Part shown: piece after piece, positions 38,244 to 51,890 of the stretch | Layout: the number at the start of each line of letters is the position of its first letter | How positions within the stretch are numbered: the stretch's first letter is position 1 | Assembly: GCF_018350175.1 (NCBI RefSeq) | Contig: NC_058368.1 | Span: 167,898,001 to 167,962,000, forward strand | Origin: Felis catus | Taxonomy: Eukaryota | Length of the DNA stretch: 64,000 nucleotides | Reading direction: 5' to 3' | The notes under the pieces: generated by a model | Seen by the model: only the letters and a program-made list of their open reading frames with translations | Told to the model about the DNA's origin: nothing | Databases searched by the model: none | Made by a program: the position numbers and the translations under genes

Positions 38244-41200
38244 AACACTTGGATTAAATAGAATTATAAAGTACTGAAACAACTCCCATAGGAGAGGACA
38301 ATATATTAAATCAAAGCAAGTTGAGCATAGTAAGACAGTTTTAATCGTCTTTCAGATAAATAAACCTTTTTCAAATTATTGAGTCAAACTAATCATATCA
38401 TTGCTATTTCCTTAAATTTGCAGCCTCTCAATCACTGCAGGCCCATCAATGCTAAGAGAATCCATGGTAACCACACAAAGTAAACATCCACCTACCCATT
38501 AGTGCCAGCAATTATTTGGCATTTGTTATGTTAGTTAAACTGTGTAATGGTGTGTGAGAAATCAGTTTCTGCTTCCTTGACCCTTTGGAAAGCTGGTTTT
38601 CCAACCCAGCATGCCTTGCCGAGACTCCAAAGTGTGACAGCTGTGACTCCAGGCACTGATTCTCTCACAAGCCCCTTCTGGAAATGAGGCAGCAAACATC
38701 AGGGTCTCCTCCAAAAGAGTAAGAATCTATTATGGGCACATGATTATTGATAATGACCATTTCTATTTTGGGGCTAACAGCTAACTAGGACTTATATTGT
38801 TCGTTTTAACAAGTATTCATCATGAACCCTGAACTATCCCTCAGAGAACATTAATTTTGGATGCATGTGATACACAAGAACACAATGAAAGGATTATTTT
38901 CATGCCTTTAGATTTCAAGAAACATATCCTGTTTACTTATGTTGAAGATGTACAAAGAGATTTAAAAATAGTTAAGAATAGCTTTAAATGTAAATGCGTT
39001 TTCATGCTCTCACAAACCCTTGACCTTAATTCTACAGATATTATAGATCTAAAACTACACAGAAATTTTACTTAATAACACAACATTTTGTTACCTCAAC
39101 AGATGTTTACTATGTCTCCTTAGTAAAATCTCCTGTAGTAAATTCTGGGAGAGATACAAAAGTGAGTAAAGGCTTGACTGTCATTAAGGAACTGATAATT
39201 CATAGAGGAGATGAGATACAGTCATGAGGGGAAAAGGGAGGGCATCTGGGGCATGGCCAGGGTCACAGAGACTGGATTGAGGATAAAATGCTTATGGCAG
39301 AGTGAGAAGCAGCCTGGCTTGGCTTGCATAGGAGTTCATGTTGTAGAGACGTAGGACATATGGTGAAATAAAAGAAGACCTGGGGGTGAAAATGAGTTCT
39401 GTGGACCTGATTATCCCATTCATAGCCAAAGGTTTCGCTAGCCAGAATCCTAATGTCATCATAACGATGTTTTTTTTCTTTACAGTTTCTGCACCTTTGT
39501 GCCACTCATGGATATACCTAAGAAGATGTTTACTAGGAGTGACCACAGCCTGGCTTAGAGCTCTTCTCTGTCTCCACAGGCAGAGGAAAGCAACTCTTGC
39601 TAGAAGCATAACAGAAAGAGTAGAGGTGGAAAGCTGCTCAGTCAGGGCAGGGATTGGTGAAAGAACAACTAACAAGGTCATCCCCTACCCCCTCCATTCA
39701 GCCTGCAGGGTCCCACTGGTCTAACGAACACTTGCTCTATTCTGGCCTGAAGAGAGTGTGTTCTCTTTAAAGAAATCTGGGTCGGCAGTGGCAGCTTCTG
39801 TTTTAAAGCATAACACAATATGGCACCAAGGCAGGGGACAGAATACAAGGAAAATATTCTCCTTGACATTCTTGTTGGCATGTGAAGGAGAGAGAAACCA
39901 ATGAATAAACATAGTAAGTAAAACCAAATATTTATTCTACAGCCATGCCTAGATGACTTCTTATTTCATGTTGGTTGCCCTCTTCCACTACTTCCCTTCA
40001 TTGCAGCCAAAACACAATGCCTCTCTATGGATAAAGCTATATGTACATGTGACCTTATCAGAGAAATGAACAAAGAGATCTGAACTAAGCCTGATTAAGA
40101 CAATGTCAAACATGGCTGCTTGTTTACTGTCTAACATTTCTAATATAAGTTTAGAGTAATACTGAGTGGGGTCATAACTATAAGGATAATGAGAAGAGTT
40201 GCACATAATATTTTTAGGTGGAAAAAAAAAGGCAAGGATGAATCCTGAGCACAAAGGTAAATAAAATACATTTGAGAATACTTACTCTCCACTCAAAGCC
40301 AGAGAGATTCTCATCTTTAACTGCTATAAAGATGAGAATAAAAATTCTCATCTTTAACTGCAGATAATACATAAATGAATTTTCTTTCATTTGTAAGCAG
40401 AAAAGCTTAAAAGGATATTTGTACTTGAAGGTACATCAGGGCATACTTTACAGGATTACAGTACTAGGCCATCAATATTGACCTTATCTATACAAAAGAT
40501 TTTTATATTAGGATGTCAAGGAAATGTACCAGGTTCATACAGAAACAAATTCTTCAACATTCAGTAACACAACTATGAAGTGAGTACTCTGTTTTATAAT
40601 CCTTTCACTTGGTGCACTGATGAATATAATACATGGCAATGAACTTGCTATGAAAACAACAACTGATATTTCAAAATGAAACTTTCCTCTGCAGAGAACC
40701 AGAGAAAGAATGCATCCATTTGCTCAGGGCGCTGCCTGGCTACACTTCATTTATGCAGATTTTAGGTTAATTGATAGGACTCACAGACAAGGGTTCTATA
40801 AAGCATTTTACCGAGCATATATCCTGATTATAATGTCATGTTAAGAAATGGAGTGCAATCTGTCTTCATGTCATATTTAATAGATTTCTAGTAAATAGCC
40901 CACAAGTGCTCCTTCTAACAGGTGATGAATTATATTAATGCCCTGTTGTACTTTCATAATTAAGGGTCTGGCAGGATTTCCATTACAATCAAGACTCATA
41001 GTAGGGAACAAAAGGAGTGGTTTTCATGTTTCCTGGCCCGGATGACCACAGTGCTCTCCCCATGCCCACAGCCACTTTGGGCCATGGGGAATACACCTAG
41101 GAGGCTACTGTCAGAAGAAAACTGGGGAAGTTGGCTGTTTGTTATTAGCAACCTCTGTTGTTATGGAAGCATTCCCTTCCTTTTTCTGGCTCATTTGCTC

Positions 41201-42184
41201 CTTCTGAGTGTCTGTTCTCTCCTTTTTACTCATAAAAGTCCAATACACCTTCACCGCAGACATGATGGCTTCTCTTTGATGTCATTTCCTTTCCAAGCCG
41301 TGGCTGTTGCCCTGCTGTTTCCTCTGGAAGAAACCTGGCCGCCCTGTACCTGGGATGCACAGTGGCAGCCCTCTTTGCCTTTTGAATAACAATGCATGAA
41401 GTTCATAAACAAAACCAATACAGAGATGGCAAAGGGAGAGGTGAATATAATGCATGGGAAACCTTTCCCCACAAAACAAAGATGCATTTACCAGAAATTC
41501 AGGGGATAAAACTACAGCCCCTAAGGTCCATTCTAAAGTAGGTCTTCAAACAGTAGGAATGTCAGAAGAGTTAAGCCAAGGGAGGAGGGCAGAGTCCAGG
41601 CAGGACTGGAAACTGACCTGGTGTCATGTTCCCTATGTTCTTTTGTGTGGTTGTATCACACCCCGCGAGTGTTGAGACTCATCAGAAAGAAAAGTAGAAG
41701 GGTTTGAGTAGCATGGAGAATAACATAAGTAGAAGGAGAGACAGGAAGAAGGAATACATGATGAGGGAAAAGGTCAGAGGGGTGTTCTGGATTGGTTTAA
41801 CCTGTTTCGAAGTAAAAAGATTAAGGTCCAAAAGAGGAAAAATGGAGTTGCCAATCATGCCCCTCAAACATTAGCAATTTTGAAAATTCTTATTAATTTC
41901 ATCACAGGCAGACTACGTGGTCTAGTGAGCAAGCACAGCCTTGGGGGTTTGTATACGTGAGGTTTCTGATTCTCGGCTTTCCCCCCATGAGCTAGTTGCA
42001 TCAAATTTGCACAAGTCACCTGGGAATAACGACATTAACTTCCTAGAGCTATTATGAGGGCAAGCTTAGATATTTAAAATACTTTCAAGGAGTCACGGTC
42101 CCATTTCCATCTCCCTTCAAGTCATAAAAATTTCAAGTTATTTAATTTTAGAAATTTGTAATATAAGTTATACTTAAGTCTTAT

Positions 42185-42410
42185 TTTTTAAAGAAGTTTA
42201 TTTATTTATTTTGGAAGAGAGAGGGAAAGATAGAGAGAGTGCATGAGTGGGAGAAGAGCAGAGAGAGAGACAGGGAGAGAGAGAGACTCCCAAGCAGGCT
42301 CCACGCTCAGCAAGGAGTCCGACACAGGGCTGGATCTCACAACCTCGAGATCATGACTGAGCCCAAATCAACAGTCAGAGGCTTAACTGACTAAGCCACC
42401 AAGGTGCTCC
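42185..42410 (-). mobile_element. CAN-SINE, older subfamily
   Basis: GA tract, 'cccaagcaggctcc', 'gagatcatgactgagcc..ctaagccaccaaggtgctcc'; TSD core cttaagtct. Confidence 0.92.
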
Positions 42411-45114
42411 ATTCTTAAGTCTCATTTTTACAAAACTCAGACACAGTATATTAACTAATGAGTAAATATGGTTGGAATGGCAATATTAACAAAGGTTTAG
42501 TCCCTCATACGGTAAGGTCTGCAGAGGTACTCTGGGTCTGGTTTCAGAGTGTAAGAAGCCAGCCATACAACTTCAGTTCCCAGATGGCCATGAGTTCCTA
42601 TTACCTCCTAGCTACAACATACACTGTATCCTTCTAATGACCTTTCCCTTTGCTCTTGCGACCAAAATAGCCTAAAACAATTGAATCAAAATCAGATAAA
42701 AATTAAAAACCGGTTATCATGGCATCCAAATTCCTACCTGTTTTGCACTGGAATTATATGACCATAGAGGGGAAAATAATTTGTCATGCTTTTAAGGTAG
42801 ATAAGCTATTTAAATATTGAGAGATACTATTCACAAAACTAGTATCCATTTTATTTAGCACGCAATAAGGATTTTATGCACACCATTCTCATATATGCAT
42901 TTCTGGGCAAAAGGAAGAAAGTATTTTTGCTGCTAAAGTTGCATATACTTTTCTAGAATAAAAACTTTATACTAACCTTGTGGAGAAAATCAGAATGAAT
43001 TAGTATGGTATATACGATAACCTACTATGTCATCGTGCCAGAAGTTTGACCAATTCCTTTTCATGGAAGTTTGAAAATGTCAAGTTCATTTTTAAACCCA
43101 TGGCTAGTTTCATCTACTTTAAACCAGAAGTGACAAAATAGGAATTGACTGGGGGGAAAATTCTGCAATCCACTGTTCTTAATATTTGATAATCCATGTG
43201 AAGCAGGTTTACCACAAACTGCTGTGACAGAACAAAGATGACAGATAAACTCCTGTGACCAAATTAATTGGAAATAGATGCCTCAGTCTTGTGATCCTAT
43301 TTCAGTTTTTGAAAGAATTATATGCACCTTCAGAGCATGCCACGTCTAAGGATGATTAGTCCTTGTACTGCTGGCATCAGGCTGATATGGCATGTTGCCA
43401 AGTGTCTCAAGAGAAAGCTAAAAGTTCAGTGGAGGTGGTGCAGACTGTGTAGCTATTCCAGGATTACCTCAGAGAACATCCTGGCTTTTCCGCTGAAAGC
43501 TTGTCAGAGTTTGATATCTATTCTCTTTGTGCCTGTGATGTGTGTTTTCAGGCTGCCATAAATGGACTTCCTTAAATTGGTCTCTTGTTTTTCTCACTTT
43601 TGCCATATTGCTGAGAAACATAAAGTAACTTCAGGCATTTTATCAGGCCATCTATATCCACATATCTGTTTCCACTTTTATTATGATTTATACATGTCAG
43701 AGAGATCTGGTGTTAAACTATGGCAACCAATCCCAAAAAGAACTCTTAATGTCTTCCACTTGTCTGAAAACAATAACATGATGTTAATTATTATGTACAG
43801 GTAAATGGTCAACCATCTATCAGTCTGCAGCCAGCCAAAATAGAGCCGAATATTAAACACAGCCCAAATTAAATGATGAAATATCCTACAAATTACTAAT
43901 TATAAACATATCATAATGTCTCTTGAATGTGCTTCCAACTAATTCAGTATGCGGGAAGAGAGCAGAGAAGGTGAGACTACAGACAGAACCAGTTTAGCTG
44001 TCTATTCAACTACTGAAGTTGGGTACTACATACACAGGCTTTCATTACAGTTTTCTGTAGAAACTTTTGTTAACATTTGAAATTTTCCATGATAAAAACA
44101 TTTTAAAAACATGAAACCTAGCAACTTTGGAAGGTTATATTATCTAATGTGGCTGAAACAAATTTACTTTTCAGACTAGAAATATAATCTACTGAATCAT
44201 CAGTATCAAATCTACTCTACACAGGAACCATAATAAATATATGAGATAAAATATATCTGTAGCTAGAGTAAATATTTCAATGTCTCATATAGATATATGC
44301 TCTTTATACTGATAAATCCTCTTCTTGCCTTGTCAAATCCACCATAACTAATGTGATATAAGGAAACCAGAAAAAAATGATTAATTTTAATAGGGACTTT
44401 TTTGTTGGCATGTTTAACCTCAAATCACAAAAGATGTAAATGCTCTCAAATTAACCTTTTTTTAATGCTAAGGAAAAGTATTAGATTAAACATACATTAA
44501 AAAAACAGTCTACTCAAATGTTAGAACAATGTAACCCAAACTTGACACTAATTTATACATATTTATCCTTTTATTTGCAATGTGAATAATGTTGCAATAA
44601 GTATCTGCATTTATAGCAAAAGAATTCAAGTCTCCATATCATATCTTGATATACTTTTCAATGTAACAAGGATACATACTGAAATCCAGTAAACTGTTTA
44701 AAACAGACGTAATCATGTCACTTAACGTAAGTTTAAGTAAAATAGTCTTTCAAATCAAATTATATCAGAATTATTTTGACAACTTGGTAGTCATTCTCAC
44801 TAAGAAAACATATTACATATTAACACACTAAGTGTTTTAGTTAATAGAGTGACACATTTACAACAGTGCAGCCCTATATATAATGACAATTTCAAAAATT
44901 ATCAGTCACTCAAAAATTAATAATACATTCCAAGAATCAGATCTGAGGATGTAAATATCTAACAAATGTCATAATTTTGTTACTTGTAAGATCAATTGTG
45001 GGGAAACTATGTTGATCTGGCTGAGCAAAATTTTTAAGTCTATACAAATTTATTGATATCCTAAATTGAAAATTACTAATAAACTCAGACATGAAAAGTC
45101 AGATTATTGAAACA

Positions 45115-45338
45115 TTTTTTTTTAATTTTTTTCCCACGTTTTTATTTATTTTTGGGACAGAGAGAGACAGAGCATGAACGGGGGAAGGGCAGAGAGAGAG
45201 GGAGACACAGAATCGGAAACAGGCTCCAGGCTCTGAGCCATCAGCCCAGAGCCTGACGCGGGGCTCGAACTCACGGACCGCGAGATCGTGACCTGGCTGA
45301 AGTCGGACGCTTAACCGACTGCGCCACCCAGGCGCCCC
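45115..45338 (-). mobile_element. Very young SINEC_Fc-type SINE
   Basis: CpGs retained; perfect TSD agattattgaaac 45101-45113 / 45339-45351. Confidence 0.98.
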
Positions 45339-45748
45339 AGATTATTGAAACTTTAACACATTTTTGATCAACTGCTTTATAAAAAGGTGACTGGAGAAGA
45401 TTTGCTCCTTTGAGAAGACGTAGGGAAACACAGGAGTGGGAACTTAAAAGTATATTACAGTTCATGTATTTTATATATTTTATCTTTATAGTCTTTAATT
45501 ATTGAAAACAGAAAAGGTGGTATTAAGAAAACAAATATTTTAAAGTGATATATAAGAGCCAAAAAACACATAAGTACTGTAGATTTTCAGCTATTTACAA
45601 CTGTTACTGCTTAATGTGTTAGCCAACACTCCTCTTTTCTTAAAAAAAAAAAAAAAATACATGCACAGAAAAACCCTTTAGATTCATAATGGTCATTTCT
45701 CCTGTGCTGGGGTTAAAACAAAATTTGTATTTTAAAAGAATAATAGCA

Positions 45749-45995
45749 AGGTGCCTGGGTGGGCTCAGGTGGTTAAGTATCTGACTCTTGGTTTCCGCTC
45801 AGGTCATGATCTCACTTGTGTTTTTGACCCCAGCATCAGGCTCTGCACTGTCAATGCAGTGCTTAGGATTCTCTCTCTCTCTCTTTCTCTCTCTCTGCCT
45901 CTCCCCTGTTCCCTCACACACATGCTCACTCTCTCTCCCTTTCTCTCAAAACAAATAAACTTAAAAATAAAATGAAATAAAATAAAATAAAATGT
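45749..45995 (+). mobile_element. CAN-SINE, older subfamily
   Basis: ggtgcctgggtgg head, CT body, (taaaa)n tail. Confidence 0.92.
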
Positions 45996-46543
45996 AAAAT
46001 CAAAGAATAAGGACAATTATTGAATCAAACCTAATAGACGTGGTGTTTTGTACAAGTTCTCTCATGACCTCCTTCCTAAAGTCGTGAATTTATTTTCAGA
46101 TTAGTAAGACAGTAAGTAGTGCCTTGGCTCAATGCCTGCTCAGGCTCTTTGCATACTGTGTGTCCAGAAAATAAAACCTGCCTTCAGTGCGCATCTTGTT
46201 TATTGTTTTTAAACAATATTTACAATAAAGGTATTCAAAGCCAAGAAATTTAGCATAATTTAGCACATGTTGACTAGATGCTCTGAACCATGGGTGAGAA
46301 TGAGCAAACGGAGAAATGGGTTTTGAGCATTCTTGGGAATGAATAAGAAGCTGTGGTCAGGCCAAGCAATGATTAAATCTATACCCACCTTAATGATAAA
46401 AGACAATACTTTGACAGTGTTTAATTCATCGTGGATGTATTGGGTGAAATTAAATTGATGCTGATGATTGAAAGAATTATTTTCTAAATTCATTTGATTC
46501 TCTTGTATAAATATTGGCTACAAGAGAATACCGCTGGAATTTC

Positions 46544-46553
46544 TGTGTGTGTA

Positions 46554-46590
<37 letters not shown>
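46544..46590. repeat. (GT)n microsatellite with GTAT interruptions
   Basis: Directly visible. Confidence 0.98.
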
Positions 46591-46594
<4 letters not shown>

Positions 46595-47360
46595 GATAAC
46601 AAAAAAATCTAATGATAAGAACTAAACATCATCAATACAAACAAGTGGTATCACCAGATTTTCTTTAGTGCATAGGGCCAATTTTAATATATTTCTTCTT
46701 TTATCAAATAAAAATAGTTTTTAAAAATAAGGATCAAATGACATAAAATTCACAACCTGCCCCATAATATATCCTGTGTGTAATACAACTACAATATCCT
46801 GAAATCCATGATTAGTTTGAAACCAAGTAACTCTATATCCAGGAGTCTAGCAAGATACCACCTTTCAACTCATTACCACTTTTTCTGCTGCAGAAACAGA
46901 TTAATCTGAGAACTTACTGGTCAAACACTTTTCCTCTGCTTTCGCAATTAAAAATTTTTTTCAATCATTTTTTTGAAGATGTCATACAGGGTGCTAATGC
47001 TTTCATAAGCACAATCAATACCTTTAGAGCACTGAAAAGTTGATATGAGTTGAATATATAGGCTGTTACAAATAAAGTTCTCTTTCTAAGTAGTTCAGTT
47101 TTAGGAGTGGTATTCTTATGAATCCAAACAAATGATTTTATAAAAAGTAGAGCAATACAGTTAAAGATCATTTACTATATATGAATGATACATCAAACAC
47201 AAATAAACCAGGACTATTGAAAATAGACCAAATTTGAGTATTTAGTTTTAAAATGAGAATATTGATTAGATTAAATTGATTAAAATAAAATTAGTCATCT
47301 AGATATGACAGCACATTTGAATGTTTTGATCCATTAGTTTAAAAATGATTCATTAATTAT

Positions 47361-47590
47361 GGGGCACCTGGGTGGCTCAGTTGGTTAGGCGTCTGACTTC
47401 AGTTCAGGTCATGATCTCACAGTTTGAGGGCTCAAGCCTGGTGTCGGGCTCTGTGCTGACAGCTTGGAGCCTGGAGCCTGCTTTGGATTCTGTCTCCCTT
47501 TCTCTCTCTCTGGCCCTCTCCCACTCATGCTCTGTCTCTCTCTGTCTCTCAAAAATAATAAATAAATGTTAAAAATTAAAAACAAATAAA
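47361..47590 (+). mobile_element. CAN-SINE
   Basis: Full layout; TSD atgattcattaat 47345-47357 / 47592-47604. Confidence 0.96.
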
Positions 47591-48386
47591 GATGATTCAT
47601 TAATAAAAAAGAGCATGATAATCTGATCTTTTATTTAGCCTAATGTAGGTAACCACCCACCTGGAATTTAACCCCAAGCTAAATTTTCTCTTAGACAACA
47701 ATGAAATTTAGCAAAGAAAGAATTTTGTGCAAAGAAGCCACCTTTTGACTAGACTGAATAAGAAAGAGGATAATCCCTAATGGCTATTTAACCTCATATC
47801 ATGTCTATTTGCCCATAGAACGTTCTCATCTGAACATCTAAATAAGGGTGTATTTGATGTATTTGGCGTTGCTAATATTTCCAGAAAGATATAAGGACAT
47901 ATGTGACTCCCTGAATTAACTTAATTTCTCCACTAGGATCTCCCTGTTGGAACTGTTTATGGATCTTTACTCAAAAAGGCCATCATTACGGGGCTCCAGG
48001 AGGGAGCTTTGAAGTTCCGTTCTGTTCCTCCCCTAACTCCTCCACATTTCTCTCCATGGAGGAAGAGTGTGGACTTCAAGTTGGATTCTAGCATGGCAAT
48101 TGAGCAACGAGTTCTAGGGATGAAATTCTCAAAAGAGGTAAGAGCTTTTCTTCACCTAGTATGGTGGTTGCCTTCTTCCAGCATCCTTCTGTGAGGTTCC
48201 ACTCAGCATCTTCCCCACCATCCCTTTTCCTCCAGCATGGGCAGACAAAACTGGAGCTACTGCCCCAGGAGTGAGAGGTGCAGATGATCGTGCCTTTTTG
48301 TTTCAACGTGGTTACTAATTCTAAGGATTGGTGTTTGGGGGCAGAAACCTGCTTGGTTTGTTCTTAGATGAAAGGAGCACTCCGTG

Positions 48387-48596
48387 TTTTTTTTTTTTTT
48401 TTTTCGAGAGAGAGAGCATGAGCACGAGTAGGGGAGAGGGGCAAAGGGAAAGAGAAAGACAGAAAGACAGAATCTCAAGCAGGCTCAAGGCTCAGCACGG
48501 AACTTGATGTGGGGCTCGATCCCACAACCATGGGATCATAACCTAAGCAGAAATTAAGAGTCAGATGCTCAACTGACTGAGCCATCCAGTCGCCCC
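48387..48596 (-). mobile_element. CAN-SINE, older subfamily
   Basis: T tail, GA tract, 'gggatcataacctaagc..gactgagccatccagtcgcccc'. Confidence 0.92.
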
Positions 48597-48689
48597 TATT
48601 TATTATTTTTTTTATTAGTGTTCTGTGTTAGGTTTGGGGCCAAAGATTTTCATTATCATTTCTTCATTCAACAATTAATTATCAAGTGA

Positions 48690-48940
48690 GTAATGATTCA
48701 GGGTGCAAACTCTAGAATTAGTCTCTATAATTTGAATTCTAGCTCGATCACTGAAAAAACTGCAGAACTTTGGATATGAATTTCTTTGTGTCTTACTTTT
48801 CTCATCTGTAATTTGGGGATAATAATAATAAGTCTCTAGTAGGGTTGTTGTAAGAACTGATTAAGTTAACAAATGTGGAAACTCTTAAAATAGACCTGAC
48901 ATATAACAAGAGCTCAATAAACATTAGTTACTATTATTGA
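48690..48940 (+). mobile_element. MIR
   Basis: 'tttctcatctgtaatttggggataataata..agggttgttgtaag..gctcaataaacattag'. Confidence 0.75.
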
Positions 48941-49080
48941 TAATTTTTTAATATATTAAATATTGATAATGCTAGTCTTACTTGGCAAGCAGCTAGCAAG
49001 GGAGGACACAAATATGCACATGAAAGATAAGGTCCCTGCCCCCAAGGAACCTGTCTTATGGTACCGAGTCTTCATCTTCC

Positions 49081-49308
49081 TTTTTTTTTTTTTTTAATTT
49101 TTTTTAATGTTTATTTATTTTTGAGACAGAGAGAGACAGAGCATGAACGGGGGGAGGGTCAGAGAGCAAGGGAGACACAGAATCTGAAGCAGGCTCCAGG
49201 CTCTGAGCTGTCAGCACAAAGCCCAATGCAGGGCTCCAACTCATGCACTGCGAGATCATGACCTGAGCCGAAGTCGGACGCTTAACCAACTGAGCCACCC
49301 AGACGCCC
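49081..49308 (-). mobile_element. CAN-SINE (SINEC_Fc type)
   Basis: Full layout; TSD gagtcttcatcttc 49066-49079 / 49311-49324. Confidence 0.97.
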
Positions 49309-49731
49309 ATGAGTCTTCATCTTCTTTGGGACTCTAGAATTTGTCTGAAACATGATTCTTGACGTAAAGTACCGTCTTAATACCAATCTAACACTTTATC
49401 TTTATAACAAACATCAACTTTCAGAATAAGACCAGGCTAAAATCTTTTGTATATTTAAAGAGGCCCAACTTTATACTTCAAGCTTGATTTACTAACAAAT
49501 GATTTTTTAAATGATAATATTAGCTAATAAGACTTCATGAGAATGAATTGAAGTGTACGTGATGACAGATAAATGGAGGCCCAAAACATAAAGGATCCCA
49601 ACCTTTCTCCTCAGTTCCTTGTACCTGTCTTCAAACATGGGGTCTTGTTTTCTAAAAGCATCTGGTTTGTTTAACATGACTACACAGCTATCATGGCTGT
49701 GTATGAGAACAGATGGAGCAGGTAAATGGGC

Positions 49732-49954
49732 TTTTTTTTTTCTAATTTTTTAAAAACGTTTATTTATTTGAGAGAGACAGAGAGAGACAGAGTGCAAGCA
49801 TGGGAGGGGCAGAGAGAGGGAGACAGAATCTGAAGCAGGCTCCAGGCTCTGAGCTGTCAACACAAAGCCCGGCATGGGGTTGAACTCACAAACCGCAAGA
49901 TCATGACCTGAGCCGAAGTCAGACGCTCCACTGACTGAGCCACCCAGGTACTCT
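49732..49954 (-). mobile_element. CAN-SINE
   Basis: Full layout; TSD ggtaaatgggc 49721-49731 / 49955-49965. Confidence 0.96.
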
Positions 49955-51123
49955 GGTAAATGGGCCTTCTGAAAGCAGAGACAAGAGTGTAAAAGGCTGA
50001 GATCAAGGAACAGTGCTGAGATTTTATGGTCTATGGTCCTGGAGGCCTGGGAAGTATCATGCATATGCCCATAGAAGATGTATTTTTTTTCTAATTTACC
50101 TTGTTTTGATTTAAAAGAACATAGGGTTCTTTGAAGCAGTGATATCTAAATATAACCAATCGTAAAACTCACCAGAGAACTACTAAATAACATTAACAAA
50201 AAACCACAGAGCTCTGCTCACCACCCCTAACTCTCACCCTACCCCTGGCAAGAGTCAGATTTAGTAGGTCTGATAGAAGGATGATCACTTGTAATTTCCC
50301 CACTCCCAGAGCTGCCCAGAGTATTTGAAGAGAGTACCAGGGTAGGATGTACTCACCTCAGTTTGATCTTTAGAATTATCATGCAGCCCCCAACTTCCAC
50401 AGAGACTGTGGTTTTACCAGTCTAGGGTGAGACCTGACACTGGTATTTTAATAAAGCATGCCCACCTGATTCTAAGGTGTAGTCAGACCTACGGACCATG
50501 GGCCTAGTTCAACAGTTTCCTTCTGAGCAGTTTATAGCAAAACTGGATGTGAATTCTGTGCTTCAAAGCTAAGATATGCCATTGTCATTACCAGTAGAGT
50601 TATATGAGCTCTTACTCTGCATTACAGCACTGAGTGAAGACACAAACATAACTTGGGGTACACATCCCAACTACTAATGAAGCCAAATTATAGATAAGAT
50701 TAAAAAATTGAATTCCAAAGTGACAGATGTACTATGTAATCTTCATCCACTCCCCCAGAAATAACCTGAAGACTGCTCTTTCATATCTAAGTTTCTCTTA
50801 CTACTTTATCTCTTTCTCTTTTTGGTATTTAGATACTGCTTGTGCTGGGAGAAAAACAATCCTGCATGGTTTATCTGCTTTTTTACAATATCCTTTCATC
50901 AGCTTAGAAAAATGAAGAGTCAACATAATTTATTTTCAGGGGTACCCTACATAAAACACATATCCAAGCATTCATTCCGGTGCTTAGGGTAAGGAGATTT
51001 AATCATGGTATTTAGTGAAATAAAACCTACCTGCCTAAATCAGAATTTCTTCCAGATGAAGTGAGAGGGGTGATGAAACAGGACCTCACTTATTTGCCTC
51101 TAAAAATACTGGGATAAAAATTA

Positions 51124-51124
<1 letters not shown>

Positions 51125-51168
<44 letters not shown>
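51125..51168. repeat. (AC)22 microsatellite
   Basis: Directly visible. Confidence 0.99.
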
Positions 51169-51172
<4 letters not shown>

Positions 51173-51689
51173 CCACACACTGACATTTAAAGATATAAAG
51201 TTGGGGCAGGTATAGGACCATCTAGACAGTATAATACCATGTAATACTAAGAGTTTCCTTACACCAAACAAGAATTAGGAAGTAGTACATCTCTTTGTAC
51301 AGTTCAATGACCAATAGATTTAGTCAGACTGGAAAGGAACTAATTTCCCACTCTGGGAACATATCACAAATATCCAACCTAACATGAAAAGTACAATATC
51401 ATTAAATACAGACAGTAATGAAATTTTCTATTAGTGCACATCAGATAAGAATACTTTGTCTCCTTGAGACTGGAACACAAATCCCAAAACTGTTGTCCTT
51501 GAAAAAGATGTATAAACAAGGCCATGACTCTGCGAATATCTATCATTTTTTTCATGTTAAAAATCTTGCCTTTACTAAGCAGATTTTCCTCTTTGTCCCT
51601 CTACATAATGTAAATGGTAACTGATGGCACATTGAAAATGGAAGAATTATTCATATCAGTTCCAAATGTACTTTGGGGGACAAATTTTT

Positions 51690-51890
51690 AAAACTTTTTA
51701 TCATGAAAAATTTCCAACATACACAAAAGTAGAAAAAATAGTACAATGAACTTCCATGTATCCATCCATCACGTAGCTTCAATAATTAATTAACCCATTC
51801 ACAAAACTGTTTTTGTAAACACCCCTACCTACTCTCCCTACCCTAATGGACACACTGACTGGATTGTTTTAAAGCAAATTCCAAATAGCA
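51690..51890 (-). mobile_element. Old L1 3' end fragment
   Basis: 'tttttatcatgaaaaatttccaacatacacaaaagtagaaaaaatagtacaatgaac'. Confidence 0.7.

Noticed and set aside
39263..39927. Cluster of overlapping ORFs on both strands (up to 129 aa)
   Set aside because: No recognisable domain or consistent splice sites; expected by chance in locally GC-richer DNA
43306..43575. Protein-like plus-strand frame of 90 codons with two internal stops after a ttcag acceptor
   Set aside because: Two stops in 90 codons is unremarkable and no parent gene was recognised
46390..46483. Possible minus-strand exon ending ..VLSFIIK|gtgggt, phase-compatible with the 34.9-kb micro-exon
   Set aside because: Acceptor lacks a pyrimidine tract
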